Positions 1-10,075 of a DNA stretch of 64,000 nt are shown in pieces; position 1 is the first letter of the stretch; every line of letters starts with the position of its first letter. The stretch covers positions 1,888,001 to 1,952,000 of the forward strand of contig CAWCDG010000004.1 in the NCBI GenBank assembly GCA_963794325.1, given 5' to 3'. A program made the position numbers and the translations under genes. The stretch comes from an uncultured delta proteobacterium. GTDB taxonomy: Bacteria; Desulfobacterota; Binatia; Binatales; Binataceae. Under the pieces are notes generated by a model. It ran no database searches, was not told where the DNA came from, and was given only the letters and a program-made list of their open reading frames with translations.

Positions 1-1133
1 CGCTCGGCGAGTTCCTTCTTGACGTAGTCGACGAAGTAGGGCGCGTCGTTGCCCTCGGCATAAACTTCGCGCGCATGCAGCGGCTCGCTGACCGCGGCGT
101 CGTAAGCGGTCTTGTCGATGTACCCGTCCTCGAGCATCGAGGCGAGCACCTCGTCGCGTCGCGGACGCGCGGCGTCAGGATGGTGCAAAGGGTTCAGTCG
201 ATTCGGCGAGCTAATCAGTCCCGCGATAGTAGCCATTTCGCCAATAGTCAGATCGCGCGGCTCTTTCGAGAAGTAGTACTCACTTGCTTCCCAGACGCCG
301 TATATACCTTCCTGCCCGCGCTGCCCCAGGTATATATCGTTAATATAGTTCTCGAGGATTTCGTCCTTCGAGTAATCGCGCTCCGCGATGTACGCCATCA
401 TCGCTTCCTTGAGCTTGCGCTTGTAGCTTCGCTCGCGCGTCAGGAAAAAGTTCTTCATCAACTGTTGCGTAAGCGTCGACCCGCCTTGGCGAACGTGTCC
501 CGAAGTAAAATCGATGTATGCCGCCTTGATGGTGCGCACGATGTCGACGCCGTGATGCTCGTAGAAGCGATGATCCTCGGCGGCGAGGATCGCGTTGATC
601 ATCGTTGGCGGAATCTGGCCGAGCCGCACCAGCCTGCGCTGCTCCCATTCGCCCTCGAAGATGCCGCTGATGAGTTCGGGCTCGAGCTCGATAGAGAAGA
701 TCGGTTTATGCGTCACCGGATCGCTCATCGACTCGATCGTATCTCCCTTCAGAGTCAGCGTGACGAATTCGCCGCCGAAGTTGTCGTACGGATACGCGAA
801 GCTATGCAGAAAAATGTCGAGCTTGCCGTGCTTGCGGTCGAAACTGTACTCGCCGCGCGAGCTGACCTTGCCGGGATCGACCGGATGGTAATTGAGGCGC
901 GCGAGCCGCTCGAAGAAGCCAAGGTCGTCCAGATTCTGGCCGGGGTAAATCAGGATCGAGTCTGAAAAAATGCGCGACGGGATGTTCCATCGCTTGCCTG
1001 AGAAGCGCGCGACGACTTCATTTTCGAGCTGATGGTAGTAGCTGAAGAACAGCCACAGGGTCGGAGGCACCGCGAACAAAATGATTGCGCCCACGCCGAT
1101 CAGCGCGAATTTCAGAACTCTTTTCAGGGACAT
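1..1133 (-). CDS. mrcB: Class A penicillin-binding protein 1B-like, N-terminal part (TM, UB2H-like region, transglycosylase); runs off the window
   Basis: Manual translation from ATG 1133: MSLKRVLKFALIG... with transglycosylase motifs EDHRFYEHHG, QGGSTLTQQLMKN, RKLKE, KDEILENYIN. Confidence 0.9.
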   Translation of the reverse strand, partial: MSLKRVLKFALIGVGAIILFAVPPTLWLFFSYYHQLENEVVARFSGKRWNIPSRIFSDSILIYPGQNLDDLGFFERLARLNYHPVDPGKVSSRGEYSFDRKHGKLDIFLHSFAYPYDNFGGEFVTLTLKGDTIESMSDPVTHKPIFSIELEPELISGIFEGEWEQRRLVRLGQIPPTMINAILAAEDHRFYEHHGVDIVRTIKAAYIDFTSGHVRQGGSTLTQQLMKNFFLTRERSYKRKLKEAMMAYIAERDYSKDEILENYINDIYLGQRGQEGIYGVWEASEYYFSKEPRDLTIGEMATIAGLISSPNRLNPLHHPDAARPRRDEVLASMLEDGYIDKTAYDAAVSEPLHAREVYAEGNDAPYFVDYVKKELAE

Positions 1134-1149
1134 CGGAACCGTCCCCGGC

Positions 1150-2653
1150 TCAGGCCTCCGGCTTGACAGTCACGTAGATCGTATTGTCGCCGCGCCTGAC
1201 CAGCAGCAGGACGATTTTGCCTTTGGCGGTCGTCTTCAGCGCAGCCTGATACGCATCAACGTCCTTGACCGCCGCGCGATTCACTTCGAGGATCACGTCG
1301 CGCGCGCGGAGCCCCGCCTCGTCGGCGCGGCTGCCGGGCTGGACCGACGAAATCACAACCCCGCCGGGCGCATCGAGCCCGAGTTCTTTGGCGAGATCGG
1401 GGCTGAGGTCTTTAACGTGCAGGCCGAACGGAGAGACGGCGCCGAGGTCGGGCTTCTCGGTCTTTTGTTCTGATGCAAGTATTTCGGGCTCACGCGACTG
1501 GGTAATCGTGACCGGCAAGATCAATCGTCTGCTTGTCGCGAATCACCTTGAGCGTCCCTTTATGCCCAAGGTCGGTGCGCCCAACCAGCAGCGGCAATTC
1601 GCGCGAGTCGGAGACCTGCTGATTGTCGAACGCGACAATCACGTCGCCGCGTTTGACGCCCGCCAATTTCGCGGGCCCGTTGTCGAGCACCTTAGCGACC
1701 AGCGCGCCGCGCGAGTCCTCGAGTCCAAGCGACTCGGCCAGCTCCGGCGTCACTTTCTGGATATATACGCCGAGCCATCCGCGCACGACTTTGCCCGAGG
1801 CCTTCAGTTGCGGCAGCTCTTCCTTGACCAGGTCAATTGGAACCGCGAAACCGATTCCCATGCTGGCGCCGGTGTGCGTGTAGATCGCGCAATTGACGCC
1901 GATCACGTTGCCGCGCAGATCGATTAGCGGGCCGCCCGAGTTGCCGGGATTTATCGACGCGTCGGTCTGGATGAAATCCTCGTAGTTGCCCGGAATGAAA
2001 CGTCCCTTGGCGCTGACGATTCCCGCCGTCACCGAATGATCGAAGCCGAACGGATTCCCAATCGCCATCACCCATTCGCCGACTCGCAAGTCTCCCGAGT
2101 TGCCGAGCGGCGCGACCGCCAGGTCATGCTTCGCATCGATCTTCAGCAGCGCGATGTCGCTCTTCTCGTCATGCCCGACAATCTTCGCGATGTAGTTGCG
2201 GCCGTCCTGCGTGGTCACCGTGACTTTGCCCGGACTGTCGACCACGTGCTCGTTGGTCAGGATGTAGCCGTCCTTGGTGATGATGAAGCCGCTGCCCAGC
2301 GCCTTGGCGTGCGGCGCGCCGCCGAACTCCTCCAACGGTCCCCCCGAGTGCGGCTGGAGCGGACTGTGCGGCGACTCTTCGGGCGATTCTTCGCTGGCGG
2401 CCGGCTCGTCGGCCTCGTCGGTCGAGATATTGACGACGGCGGGACTGAGCTTGGCGGCCAGGTCGACGAAGTCGGGCATCGTCTGCGCTTTCGGCGCGTG
2501 CGCGGGATCGGCAATCTCGGTCCAGAAGTGCGCGGGCGTCGGCGGTGCGGAATCCGCCGCGCGCGCCTGCATTCGAGAGCTAATCAGAGTGAGGGTCGCC
2601 GCAAAGATCGCGACGCCCGTGAAGGCGATGGGTCGAAACAACTGATTCGTCAT
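1150..2653 (-). pseudogene. degP: Do/DegP-family periplasmic serine protease (protease + 2 PDZ), split by a +1 frameshift near 1520; possibly a sequencing error
   Basis: ORF 1490..2653 has TNEHVV, DIALLK, INPGNSGGPL and PDZ1; ORF 1150..1524 continues with PDZ2 (GLRARDVILEVNR). Confidence 0.85.
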
Positions 2654-2677
2654 GTGTGATTAAACGAAGACGGCCGC

Positions 2678-3157
2678 TCAACGGTTCGGCTGTCTCGCCA
2701 GTTCAACGTACTTCATTTGCAGAGTGGAAAGAATCTCTTTGAGCATCGCTTGTTCGTGGGGGTCGAGGTTCCCGCGCGTCTTGTCGCGCAGCATCGCGAT
2801 TATATCGATCATCTGCTGCGCCACGACGAGGTCGCGAGAAACCTGGCCGCTCGACGGGTCCGGCACTTCGCCCAGCGCCGCCAATGCCTGCTCGGACAGG
2901 CTCCATAGAAATGCGGCGAAGGTCAGCTCGACTGGCGGCTCGCTGGATTGGCGGCTCGGAGCGGATGGCTGCGATTGCTGCGACGACGTCTGCGCCGGCC
3001 CGGACGCGGCCGGCCCGGATTTCAGATCGATCGACTCGCTGCTCGCCGGCGGCGCTTCGGCGCCTTCCTTGGTCTCGCCCTCCGAGGAAAATCGCCGGCG
3101 ATCCTGAACCTTGAATCCGCGCTTATCTTCGTGTTCTTCCATCGAGGTCACCGTCAC
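2678..3157 (-). CDS. DUF1844-family protein
   Basis: ALAALGEVPDP...AQQMIDIIAMLRDKTRGNL...LQMKYV signature. Confidence 0.8.
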   Translation of the reverse strand: MTVTSMEEHEDKRGFKVQDRRRFSSEGETKEGAEAPPASSESIDLKSGPAASGPAQTSSQQSQPSAPSRQSSEPPVELTFAAFLWSLSEQALAALGEVPDPSSGQVSRDLVVAQQMIDIIAMLRDKTRGNLDPHEQAMLKEILSTLQMKYVELARQPNR

Positions 3158-4011
3158 CCTTGCGCGACCTGTCCCGACGCCATCTGCTCGAGCCGATGGA
3201 TTCGCTCCTCGATCGGCGGATGGGTCGAGAACAGCCGCGAAATTCCCGCCGCGCTCAGCGGATTCACGATGAACATATGAGCCGTCGCGGGGCTGGCATC
3301 CAGCGGCATCCGCTCGTTGGCGGCCTCGAGCTTGCGGAGCGCGCTGGCCAGATACAGCGGATTGTGCGTGAGCTTGGCGCCGCTCGCATCAGCCTGGTAC
3401 TCGCGCGTGCGCGAAATCGCGAGCTGGATGAGAGTCGCGGCAATCGGTGCGAGGATGCCGGCGACCAGCAATCCCGCGATGCCGTGATCCTCGTCGTCGC
3501 GGCTACCGAGTCCGAAAATCGCGCCAAATCGAATCATCGAGCCGATCATCATCACGGCGCCGGCGAGCGTCGCGGCGATCGAGCTGGTCAAAATATCGTG
3601 ATTGGTCACGTGCGAGAGTTCATGGCCGATGACGCCCTTCAATTCCTCGCGCGTGCAGATTCGCATGATGCCGCGGGTCACGGCGACGGCGGCATGATGC
3701 ACGTTGCGGCCGGTCGCGAACGCGTTAGGTGTGTCGGAATCGATGAGGTAGAGCCGCGGCATCGGGATTCCCGCGGAATGCGCCAGCTCGTTTACGATCG
3801 AGTAGAGCTCGGGCGCCGACGACGCGTCGAGTTCCTTCGCGCCGTACGCCTTGAGCACGATCTTGTCGGAGAACCAGTAGCTGAAGAAGTTCATCACTGC
3901 GGCGATGAAGAAAAAGATCACGACGCCGTGCCGGCCTCCGAGCAGGCCGCCTATCAGCATCAACAACCCCGTCATCAGCCCCAGCAGCATCGTCGTCTTG
4001 AAGAAGCTCAT
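3154..4011 (-). CDS. htpX: Membrane zinc metalloprotease HtpX
   Basis: PNAFATG, HELSH (HExxH), SRTREYQAD, FSTHPP; start taken at MSFFKTT. Confidence 0.95.
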   Translation of the reverse strand: MSFFKTTMLLGLMTGLLMLIGGLLGGRHGVVIFFFIAAVMNFFSYWFSDKIVLKAYGAKELDASSAPELYSIVNELAHSAGIPMPRLYLIDSDTPNAFATGRNVHHAAVAVTRGIMRICTREELKGVIGHELSHVTNHDILTSSIAATLAGAVMMIGSMIRFGAIFGLGSRDDEDHGIAGLLVAGILAPIAATLIQLAISRTREYQADASGAKLTHNPLYLASALRKLEAANERMPLDASPATAHMFIVNPLSAAGISRLFSTHPPIEERIHRLEQMASGQVAQG

Positions 4012-4024
4012 GGGCGACAGTCTA

Positions 4025-4970
4025 TTATCTTTGAGGCTGCTCCACAAATTTCGAGAGAGCGCCGGCGACCTCGCGAACCTCGACTGAATCGATGGGCTCA
4101 CGCCTGAGGATGTCGATGCGTCCAGACCCCCGCGGACCCCATCGCGCAGGATCAGTCGGCCCGAAAATCACAACGCCCGACGCACCGACTGCCGCCGCAA
4201 GATGCGACACGCCCGAATCGTTGCCGACGAAAATTGAGGCCAGCCGCGCGATAGCCGCGACGGTCGGCAGATCGAGATCGCGCAAGACGGGAACGCGAGC
4301 ATCGCGAAAGACAGGCTCAATCGAAGTCTCAGCCGGCCCAAGAACGACAACGATGCTCGCTCGTTTCGATAACGAGGATGCGAGCGCTGCGAACCTATCC
4401 GCCGGCCAGTTCTTGGCGGGACTGCCACTGCCGGGAAAGATCACAATCAGATTCGAGCGGTCGCATTTGGATTTCGCCAGCACGCGCGAAGCCGCCGCGA
4501 GATCATCGGGCGTCGGCTCAAGGCGCGTATCGATTGGTCGAAGCGGCCTCGCCGATAGCGCGCAGATAGCCCGCCGATACATGGCCGCCGCCATCGGGGC
4601 GGAACGGATGGAACGACACGTCGGCGTCGGTCGCCTCTGCCAGGCGCGCGCGAAAGCGCGGATCGTCAGAGGCAAAGAATGAATAGATCCGATCGAACTC
4701 GGCGAATAAACGTCGAGCACCGCCCGACGTTCCAGCAGCGAACAACTCCCCGACCTCGCGCGTATCGATCGAATGCGCGCGCGCAACGACGCTGCGCCCC
4801 GCCACAAGCTGCGCCAGCTCGAGCCGCGCCATCAGCTCGACCGACGCGCCCGGATGCCGCCGCGAAATCGCGGCAAGCGCCGGCATCAGGCACATCAGAT
4901 CGCCAAGCGCGCCGGGAAAGATGACCAGCACGCGATTGATGGAACGCGCACTGCGCGGGGCAGGTCTCAT
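4025..4970 (-). pseudogene. Glycosyltransferase family 9 (LPS heptosyltransferase-like), split by a +1 frameshift near 4540; possibly a sequencing error
   Basis: N-terminal GALGD motif in ORF 4518..5048; C-terminal PGSGSPAKNW, GNDSGVSHLAAA and FGPT in ORF 4025..4807. Confidence 0.85.
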
Positions 4971-4985
4971 GTAGGACAGCCTACC

Positions 4986-5163
4986 ATTTGAATGTGAAAC
5001 CCGCCGTGGGTTTGCAGGGGTGACCCCTGTACCCAGTGAGAAGCGCAAAATGGCGAGGACGCCCTTTTGCTCTCAGGGTCCTGATTTTGGTGGCAAAGGC
5101 TTTAGCCTGTGATTTTTTGGTCAATATATCCACGAAAGAATCACAGGCTAAAGCCTGTGCCAC
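4986..5163 (+). repeat. Multi-hairpin repeat family A, copy 1 (5'-truncated)
   Basis: Aligns by eye with 14575-14785, 51081-51290 and the reverse of 51722-51933; ends in the REP-like pair GTGGCA(A/C)AGGCTTTAGCCTGTG ... CACAGGCTAAAGCCTGTGCCAC. Confidence 0.9.
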
Positions 5164-5280
5164 TCGGATGCCGGTAACATCGAGTTGATCGGCACCGACC
5201 GATCGTCGCATTTAATTGATGCGATTTCCGGGATTTCAGATCTCGCAAGTACCTGATTTTGTTTGCTATTTCGGCGAAAA

Positions 5281-5296
5281 CGTTTCACGTGAAACG
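5281..5296. other. parS: parS-type centromere site (ParB binding)
   Basis: CGTTTCACGTGAAACG matches the core of consensus TGTTNCACGTGAAACA and lies in a 24-bp perfect palindrome (5277-5300) in an intergenic region. Confidence 0.75.
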
Positions 5297-5390
5297 TTTT
5301 TGGCAATAAAAGTTCAGGAGAACAAAACACGAATCGTTTTCCGGCTTGGCGTTGATAGCGAAACCGAGCAGACTCCGAGTTTTTCTTAAT

Positions 5391-5878
5391 CTTCCCCTCT
5401 CCCGACGGGAGAAGATTGAAGAGCCTGCCCTGAGCCCTGCCGAAGGGAGAGGGACCTTGTGCAGCGCGCATTCGTCGCGCGCGATTCAAGATTCTGCGTC
5501 TGTATTCTTTGCGCGCCCGCTTCTCATCTTTGTGTCATCCCGACCCCTTCGACTGCGCTCGGGGCAGGCTCTTCATCCCCTCCCTCGCAGGAGACCTTTG
5601 CATAACCGCGCGCCGGTGGCGCGAAGCGAGACGCGCTGCGCGCGAGATCTTTCGCTGCGCTCAGGATGACACAAACAACAGGACGACTTCTTGTGTCATT
5701 CTGAGCGAAAGCTGCTGTAGCGAAGAATCTCGACGGACGCTCCTGCGGCTTGCGTTATTTACGCAAAGCTCCCTTCGCAGGGAGAGGGGAAGAAGGAGCC
5801 GGGATTCTTTCTCTTTCGGCTGCGTTCAGGGCTTCGGCGGGTGGATGCGGAGCATCCAGGTGCGCTCTGAATGACACA
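5391..5878. repeat. Nested mosaic of REP-like palindromes and a MITE-like insert
   Basis: Outer IR CTTCCCCTCTCCC (5391) / GGGAGAGGGGAAG (5780); IR GAAGAGCCTGCCC / GGGCAGGCTCTTC; inner GCTCAGGATGACAC / GTGTCATTCTGAGC pair; GAGACCTTTGCATAA end at 5591. Confidence 0.75.
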
Positions 5879-5916
5879 AGGAAGTTGAGCGGGCGGGCGT
5901 CGTGGATGAGCCTGAG

Positions 5917-5956
5917 AACCTAACCCCTAACCCCTTCCCGAGCGGGAAGGGGGACC
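5917..5956 (+). repeat. REP-like palindrome, CCTAACCCCTAACCCCTTCCC-N-GGGAAGGGG family
   Basis: Near-identical copy at 11101-11140; degenerate reverse copy at 42061-42102. Confidence 0.75.
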
Positions 5957-6023
5957 GGATAAACAAAGAGAGTCCGCTTCGCTACATTCCAACCATCGGC
6001 GGTTTCTGGATAGAATCGGGGGC

Positions 6024-6959
6024 ATGCCGGTTAGTGTTGCGCAATCGCCGCTTGAGTTGATTGGGAATACTCCTGTTGTTCGGCTTAATCGGATTCCGGG
6101 GAAAGATGATGCCGAGATTTGGGCCAAGCTCGAGAATTTCAATCCCGGGGGGAGTGTTAAAGATCGGATTTGTCTTGCGATGATCGAGGCGGCTGAGAAG
6201 TCCGGCAAGCTGAAACCCGGCGACACGATTGTCGAGCCTACCTCGGGGAATACCGGGATTGGGCTGGCGCTGGTGGCTGCGGTTAAGGGTTACAAGCTTA
6301 TCCTGACGATGCCCGATACTATGAGCGAGGAGCGGCGGTCGCTGCTGGTTGCTTACGGGGCGAAGCTGGTGCTGACGCCGGATACACGCGGGATGCATGG
6401 CGCGATCGCGAAGGCCGAGGAACTATGCCGCGAGAATCCCGGCTACTTTATGCCGCAGCAGTTCAGCAATAGCGCGAATCCCGATATCCATTATCGATGC
6501 ACCGGGCCGGAGCTGCTCCAGCAATTCAAGCGTATCGACGCATTCGTGGCCGGCGTCGGGACCGGCGGGACAATCACGGGCGCGGGGCATTATTTGCGAG
6601 AGCATCTCGATAACAAGGTGCTGATCGTCGCGGTCGAGCCGAAGAACTCGCCCGTGCTGTCGGGCGGCGAGCCGGGGTTCCATAAGATACAGGGGATTGG
6701 CGCGGGGTTCGTGCCGACCAATCTCGACACCAAAGTTTATGATGAGATAATTCCGGTCAGCGACGAGGATGCGACGCTGTTCTCGCGGCGGCTCGCGCGC
6801 GAGGAAGGGCTGCTGGTCGGGATTTCGTCGGGGGCGCATTGCTGCGCGGCGTTGCAGGTGGCGCGGAGGCTCGGGAAGGGCAATGTCGTGGTGGTGGTTT
6901 TTTGCGATACCGGGGAGCGGTATTTGACGACGGATCTTTTTCAGGCTGAGGGTATTTAG
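6024..6959 (+). CDS. cysK: Cysteine synthase A
   Basis: [10 protein letters not shown] (PLP Lys), [31 protein letters not shown]. Confidence 0.95.
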   Translation: MPVSVAQSPLELIGNTPVVRLNRIPGKDDAEIWAKLENFNPGGSVKDRICLAMIEAAEKSGKLKPGDTIVEPTSGNTGIGLALVAAVKGYKLILTMPDTMSEERRSLLVAYGAKLVLTPDTRGMHGAIAKAEELCRENPGYFMPQQFSNSANPDIHYRCTGPELLQQFKRIDAFVAGVGTGGTITGAGHYLREHLDNKVLIVAVEPKNSPVLSGGEPGFHKIQGIGAGFVPTNLDTKVYDEIIPVSDEDATLFSRRLAREEGLLVGISSGAHCCAALQVARRLGKGNVVVVVFCDTGERYLTTDLFQAEGI

Positions 6960-7120
6960 CTGTGGAGGGCAGGGAGAGCTCGGCCAAAAGACTTAAGTGT
7001 TGTGCGTCGGCAAGCATTGCACCTCTCCTGCAGCGCTCCTTCGGCGCGCTGCGACCTCCCCTCGGACAAGGGGAGGTTATTCGAGCGAGCAACCGCCAGT
7101 TATGCAGAGGTTTGAGGTAG

Positions 7121-7966
7121 GTGAATACATCCGAAGCTCTTAACGCGAAACTCGAGCGGATGCGGGCGGGTTTTGCGCCGGGGCGCAGTGTTATCGTTGC
7201 GTTTTCGGGTGGGGTTGATTCTACCTTTGTTTTGAAAGTTGCGTTTGAGATCCTGAGGGATTCGGTGATTGCGTTGACTACCACTTCGCCGACGATGCCT
7301 GATGAGGATCGGGAGTCGGCGCTTTCGATGGCGCGGCTGATAGGGGCTCGCCACTTAGTCGTCGAGTCCAATGAGCTCGAGATTCCCGGGTACGCGGCGA
7401 ATCCGATCAATCGATGCTACCTGTGCAAGCACAATCTGTTCACGGTTTGCGAGGCGAAGGCGGCCGAGCTGGGTATCGACGAGATTGTCGATGGGCTCAA
7501 TCTCGACGACCTGCATGATTATCGGCCCGGGATGCAGGCGGCCAGCGAGAAGCGCGTGCGGCATCCGCTGGTCGAGGCTGAGATGACCAAGGCTGACGTG
7601 CGTGAGTTGTCGCGCGCGATGGGATTGCCGACGTGGGATCGGGCCGCGTCGCCATGCCTGTCGTCGCGCTTTCCGTATGGGACCGAGATAACGCCGGACG
7701 GGCTCAGGAAAGTTGCGGCCGGCGAGAAGCTGCTCCATTCGATGGGGTTTGCGATTGCGCGCGTGCGGTACCATGGCGAGGTCGCGCGGCTCGAGCTGGA
7801 GCAAAGTGAGATCGCGCGGGTGTTCGAGCCTGCGACGCGCGAGACTATCGATCGCGAATTCAGAAAGATCGGGTTTCGGTTCGTGGCGATCGATCTGAAG
7901 GGCTTCCGATCGGGATCGCTCAACGAAGGCCTGATTGCGAATAATCCGTTGCGCAATCAAGCCTGA
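7121..7966 (+). CDS. larE: ATP-dependent sulfur transferase LarE
   Basis: PP-loop SGGVDS, NRCYLCK, DYRPG, SPCLSSRFPYG, GFRSGSLN. Confidence 0.92.
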   Translation: MNTSEALNAKLERMRAGFAPGRSVIVAFSGGVDSTFVLKVAFEILRDSVIALTTTSPTMPDEDRESALSMARLIGARHLVVESNELEIPGYAANPINRCYLCKHNLFTVCEAKAAELGIDEIVDGLNLDDLHDYRPGMQAASEKRVRHPLVEAEMTKADVRELSRAMGLPTWDRAASPCLSSRFPYGTEITPDGLRKVAAGEKLLHSMGFAIARVRYHGEVARLELEQSEIARVFEPATRETIDREFRKIGFRFVAIDLKGFRSGSLNEGLIANNPLRNQA

Positions 7967-7970
7967 GCTT

Positions 7971-9626
7971 ATGGCGGATAGCACAATCGATGAATCGTCG
8001 CGGCTGGGTGGCCGGTGGGTGTCGATTTTTGAATCGACCAATCTGCGCGAACCGCCGAGCGTTCTGAGGGCCGCCGCCTTCGCCGCGGTCACGACCGCAT
8101 TACTCTACACACTGGCGGGAATGGATTCGGGATTGTGGCTATGCGCGCTGTTCGCGCCGCTGCCGATTCTCGCGATAGCACCTGAAATCCGGCTGGAGAC
8201 CGGGGCCGAGCTGGCGTGTGCGGCGTTCCTGATCGGGAACCTGGCCGCATGGGGCGGCGAGAGTTTCGCGGTTCCGATAGTCACGATGCTCGCGTCGCAT
8301 ATCGCGGGCGCGATCGTGTTTGCGACCTTCGTTGCGTGCGCGGCCGAGGCGACGCGGCGCTGGTCGGGGGTGCTGGCGGCGCTGGTGTTCCCGACCTTTG
8401 AAACCGCCTTCTACTACTCGCTCTCGATGCAATCACCGCACGGCACGTGGGGCAGCCCGGCATACACGCAAGTCGATTTTATTCCGCTGCTGCAGACGGC
8501 ATCGTGGATCGGAATGTGCGGCGTGATGTTTATCATGACGCTGTTGCCGTCGGGGCTGGCGGTCGCGTGGTACCGGCGGCGCTGGAACATGGAGTGGAAG
8601 AATCCCGCGATCATGGCGTTCAGCGTTTTCGCGCTGGCGGTCTTGTTTGGATCGACTCGGGTGGTGCTGACGCCGCGGACTCCGGTGGTGCGGGTCGGAA
8701 TGGTTGCGATCGAGCGGCTGATACCGGAGTCGGAGTCGACCGATCCAACCGACGCGGCGGATATCATGGCGCGTTACGCGAAAATGGTGCGTCAGGCGGC
8801 GGCCAGCGGCGCGCAAATCGTCGTGATGCCGGAGAAGATCATCGGCGTGGCGCCGAGCTACGAATGGGACGTGGTGCTCGGACTCCAGCAAATCGCAAAG
8901 ATGTCGCATGTATGGCTGGTAGTCGGGCTCAACCAGATTGGGCGATCGCCGAAGAGAAATATCGCGGTGGTATTCGCTCCCGACGGCACGCTGGCGGCGA
9001 GCTACGCCAAGCATCATCTGATCCCCAGTCTCGAATGGGACTACAAGGCGGGCACCAAGCCGGCGATTTTCGACGCGCCGTGGGGACGCACCGCGGTGCT
9101 GATTTCGCAGGACCTGGATTTTCCGGAGACCGCGCGCGAGCTCGCGGCGTATGACGTGCGGATGGTGGTCGCGCCCGCATCGGATTGGCGGGGATCGGAA
9201 GTGATTCATCAGCGGATGGCGGTAGTGCGCGGAGTCGAATCGGGATTCTCGCTAGCACGCGCGGCGCGCGGTGGGATCCTGTCGGCGAATGATTCGCGCG
9301 GCCGGCTGATCGCGGCGCGCGCGCCGGTGCATGGCGAAGATACGATGGCGGTTACCGACCTGCCGATTGGCGCGGGTCGAACCGTCTATTCGCGCACCGA
9401 CGATTGGTTCGGGCGGCTATGCGTGCTGTTCACGATCCTGCTGATGCTGCGGCTGGCGGTGAGTGTCGGGTACTCGATGCGAACGCGGCGGCGCGGCGCT
9501 GCGAAGGGGATCAAGCGACCGAGCGGGGTGGTATCGGTTGATTTGAATCAGACGGAACCGGAAGCGGAGAAAGTCGAGGAGCCGGCGCAGGATATCTATC
9601 GGCCACCGCCGCGGCCGCGCGAGTAG
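7971..9626 (+). CDS. Membrane-anchored carbon-nitrogen hydrolase (apolipoprotein N-acyltransferase-like)
   Basis: Several N-terminal TM helices, then nitrilase-fold motifs VVMPEK, YAKHHL, ISQDLDF, RGVESG. Confidence 0.8.
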   Translation: MADSTIDESSRLGGRWVSIFESTNLREPPSVLRAAAFAAVTTALLYTLAGMDSGLWLCALFAPLPILAIAPEIRLETGAELACAAFLIGNLAAWGGESFAVPIVTMLASHIAGAIVFATFVACAAEATRRWSGVLAALVFPTFETAFYYSLSMQSPHGTWGSPAYTQVDFIPLLQTASWIGMCGVMFIMTLLPSGLAVAWYRRRWNMEWKNPAIMAFSVFALAVLFGSTRVVLTPRTPVVRVGMVAIERLIPESESTDPTDAADIMARYAKMVRQAAASGAQIVVMPEKIIGVAPSYEWDVVLGLQQIAKMSHVWLVVGLNQIGRSPKRNIAVVFAPDGTLAASYAKHHLIPSLEWDYKAGTKPAIFDAPWGRTAVLISQDLDFPETARELAAYDVRMVVAPASDWRGSEVIHQRMAVVRGVESGFSLARAARGGILSANDSRGRLIAARAPVHGEDTMAVTDLPIGAGRTVYSRTDDWFGRLCVLFTILLMLRLAVSVGYSMRTRRRGAAKGIKRPSGVVSVDLNQTEPEAEKVEEPAQDIYRPPPRPRE

Positions 9627-9757
9627 GTGTAGAAGAACCTAGCCCCAATCAAGAATAATCGCCTGCGCGGCGGGCGGCAGGGGTGACCCCTGCACCCAGT
9701 GAAAGAAAAATAAAGATGCGGGACTTCGTCCCTGTTAGAAGTTTGTGGGGCGGATGG

Positions 9758-9996
9758 GATCTTAACCTCCCCTTGTCCGAGGGGAGGTCGGCGCGCGCCG
9801 AAGGAGTGCGACGGGTGGGGTGCAACGCCGGCCGTCGCCACCGCGTCCGTTGTGCTGCTGTCGAGCGGCGAACGCGTGCCTATGCGTTGAGATTAAACGA
9901 GTCGGGGTTGGTGGGATTTCGCACGTTGCACCTCTCCCGGCGACACCGCTGCGCGGCTTTCGCCGACCTCCCCTCGGACAAGGGGAGGTTAGGATC
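9758..9996. mobile_element. MITE-like element family B, copy 1 (~235 bp, long terminal inverted repeats)
   Basis: TAACCTCCCCTTGTCCGAGGGGAGGTCGGCG ... CGCCGACCTCCCCTCGGACAAGGGGAGGTTA; second full copy at 53426-53656; end fragment at ~7050-7080. Confidence 0.8.
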
Positions 9997-10075
9997 TGAG
10001 GTCGCGATTGATCGTGCTTCGCGAAACCTCTAAATGTGCGGCGCGTGATTTAATCCTGAAAAAAGGGAATTGGTG

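Noticed and set aside
75-965. 296-aa plus-strand ORF and many similar long antisense ORFs
   Set aside because: Shadow frames of well-supported genes on the opposite strand (here mrcB), as expected at high GC.
1505-1530. Programmed ribosomal frameshift in degP
   Set aside because: No slippery heptamer or stimulatory element is visible, and two other genes show the same +1 lesion, which favours sequencing error.
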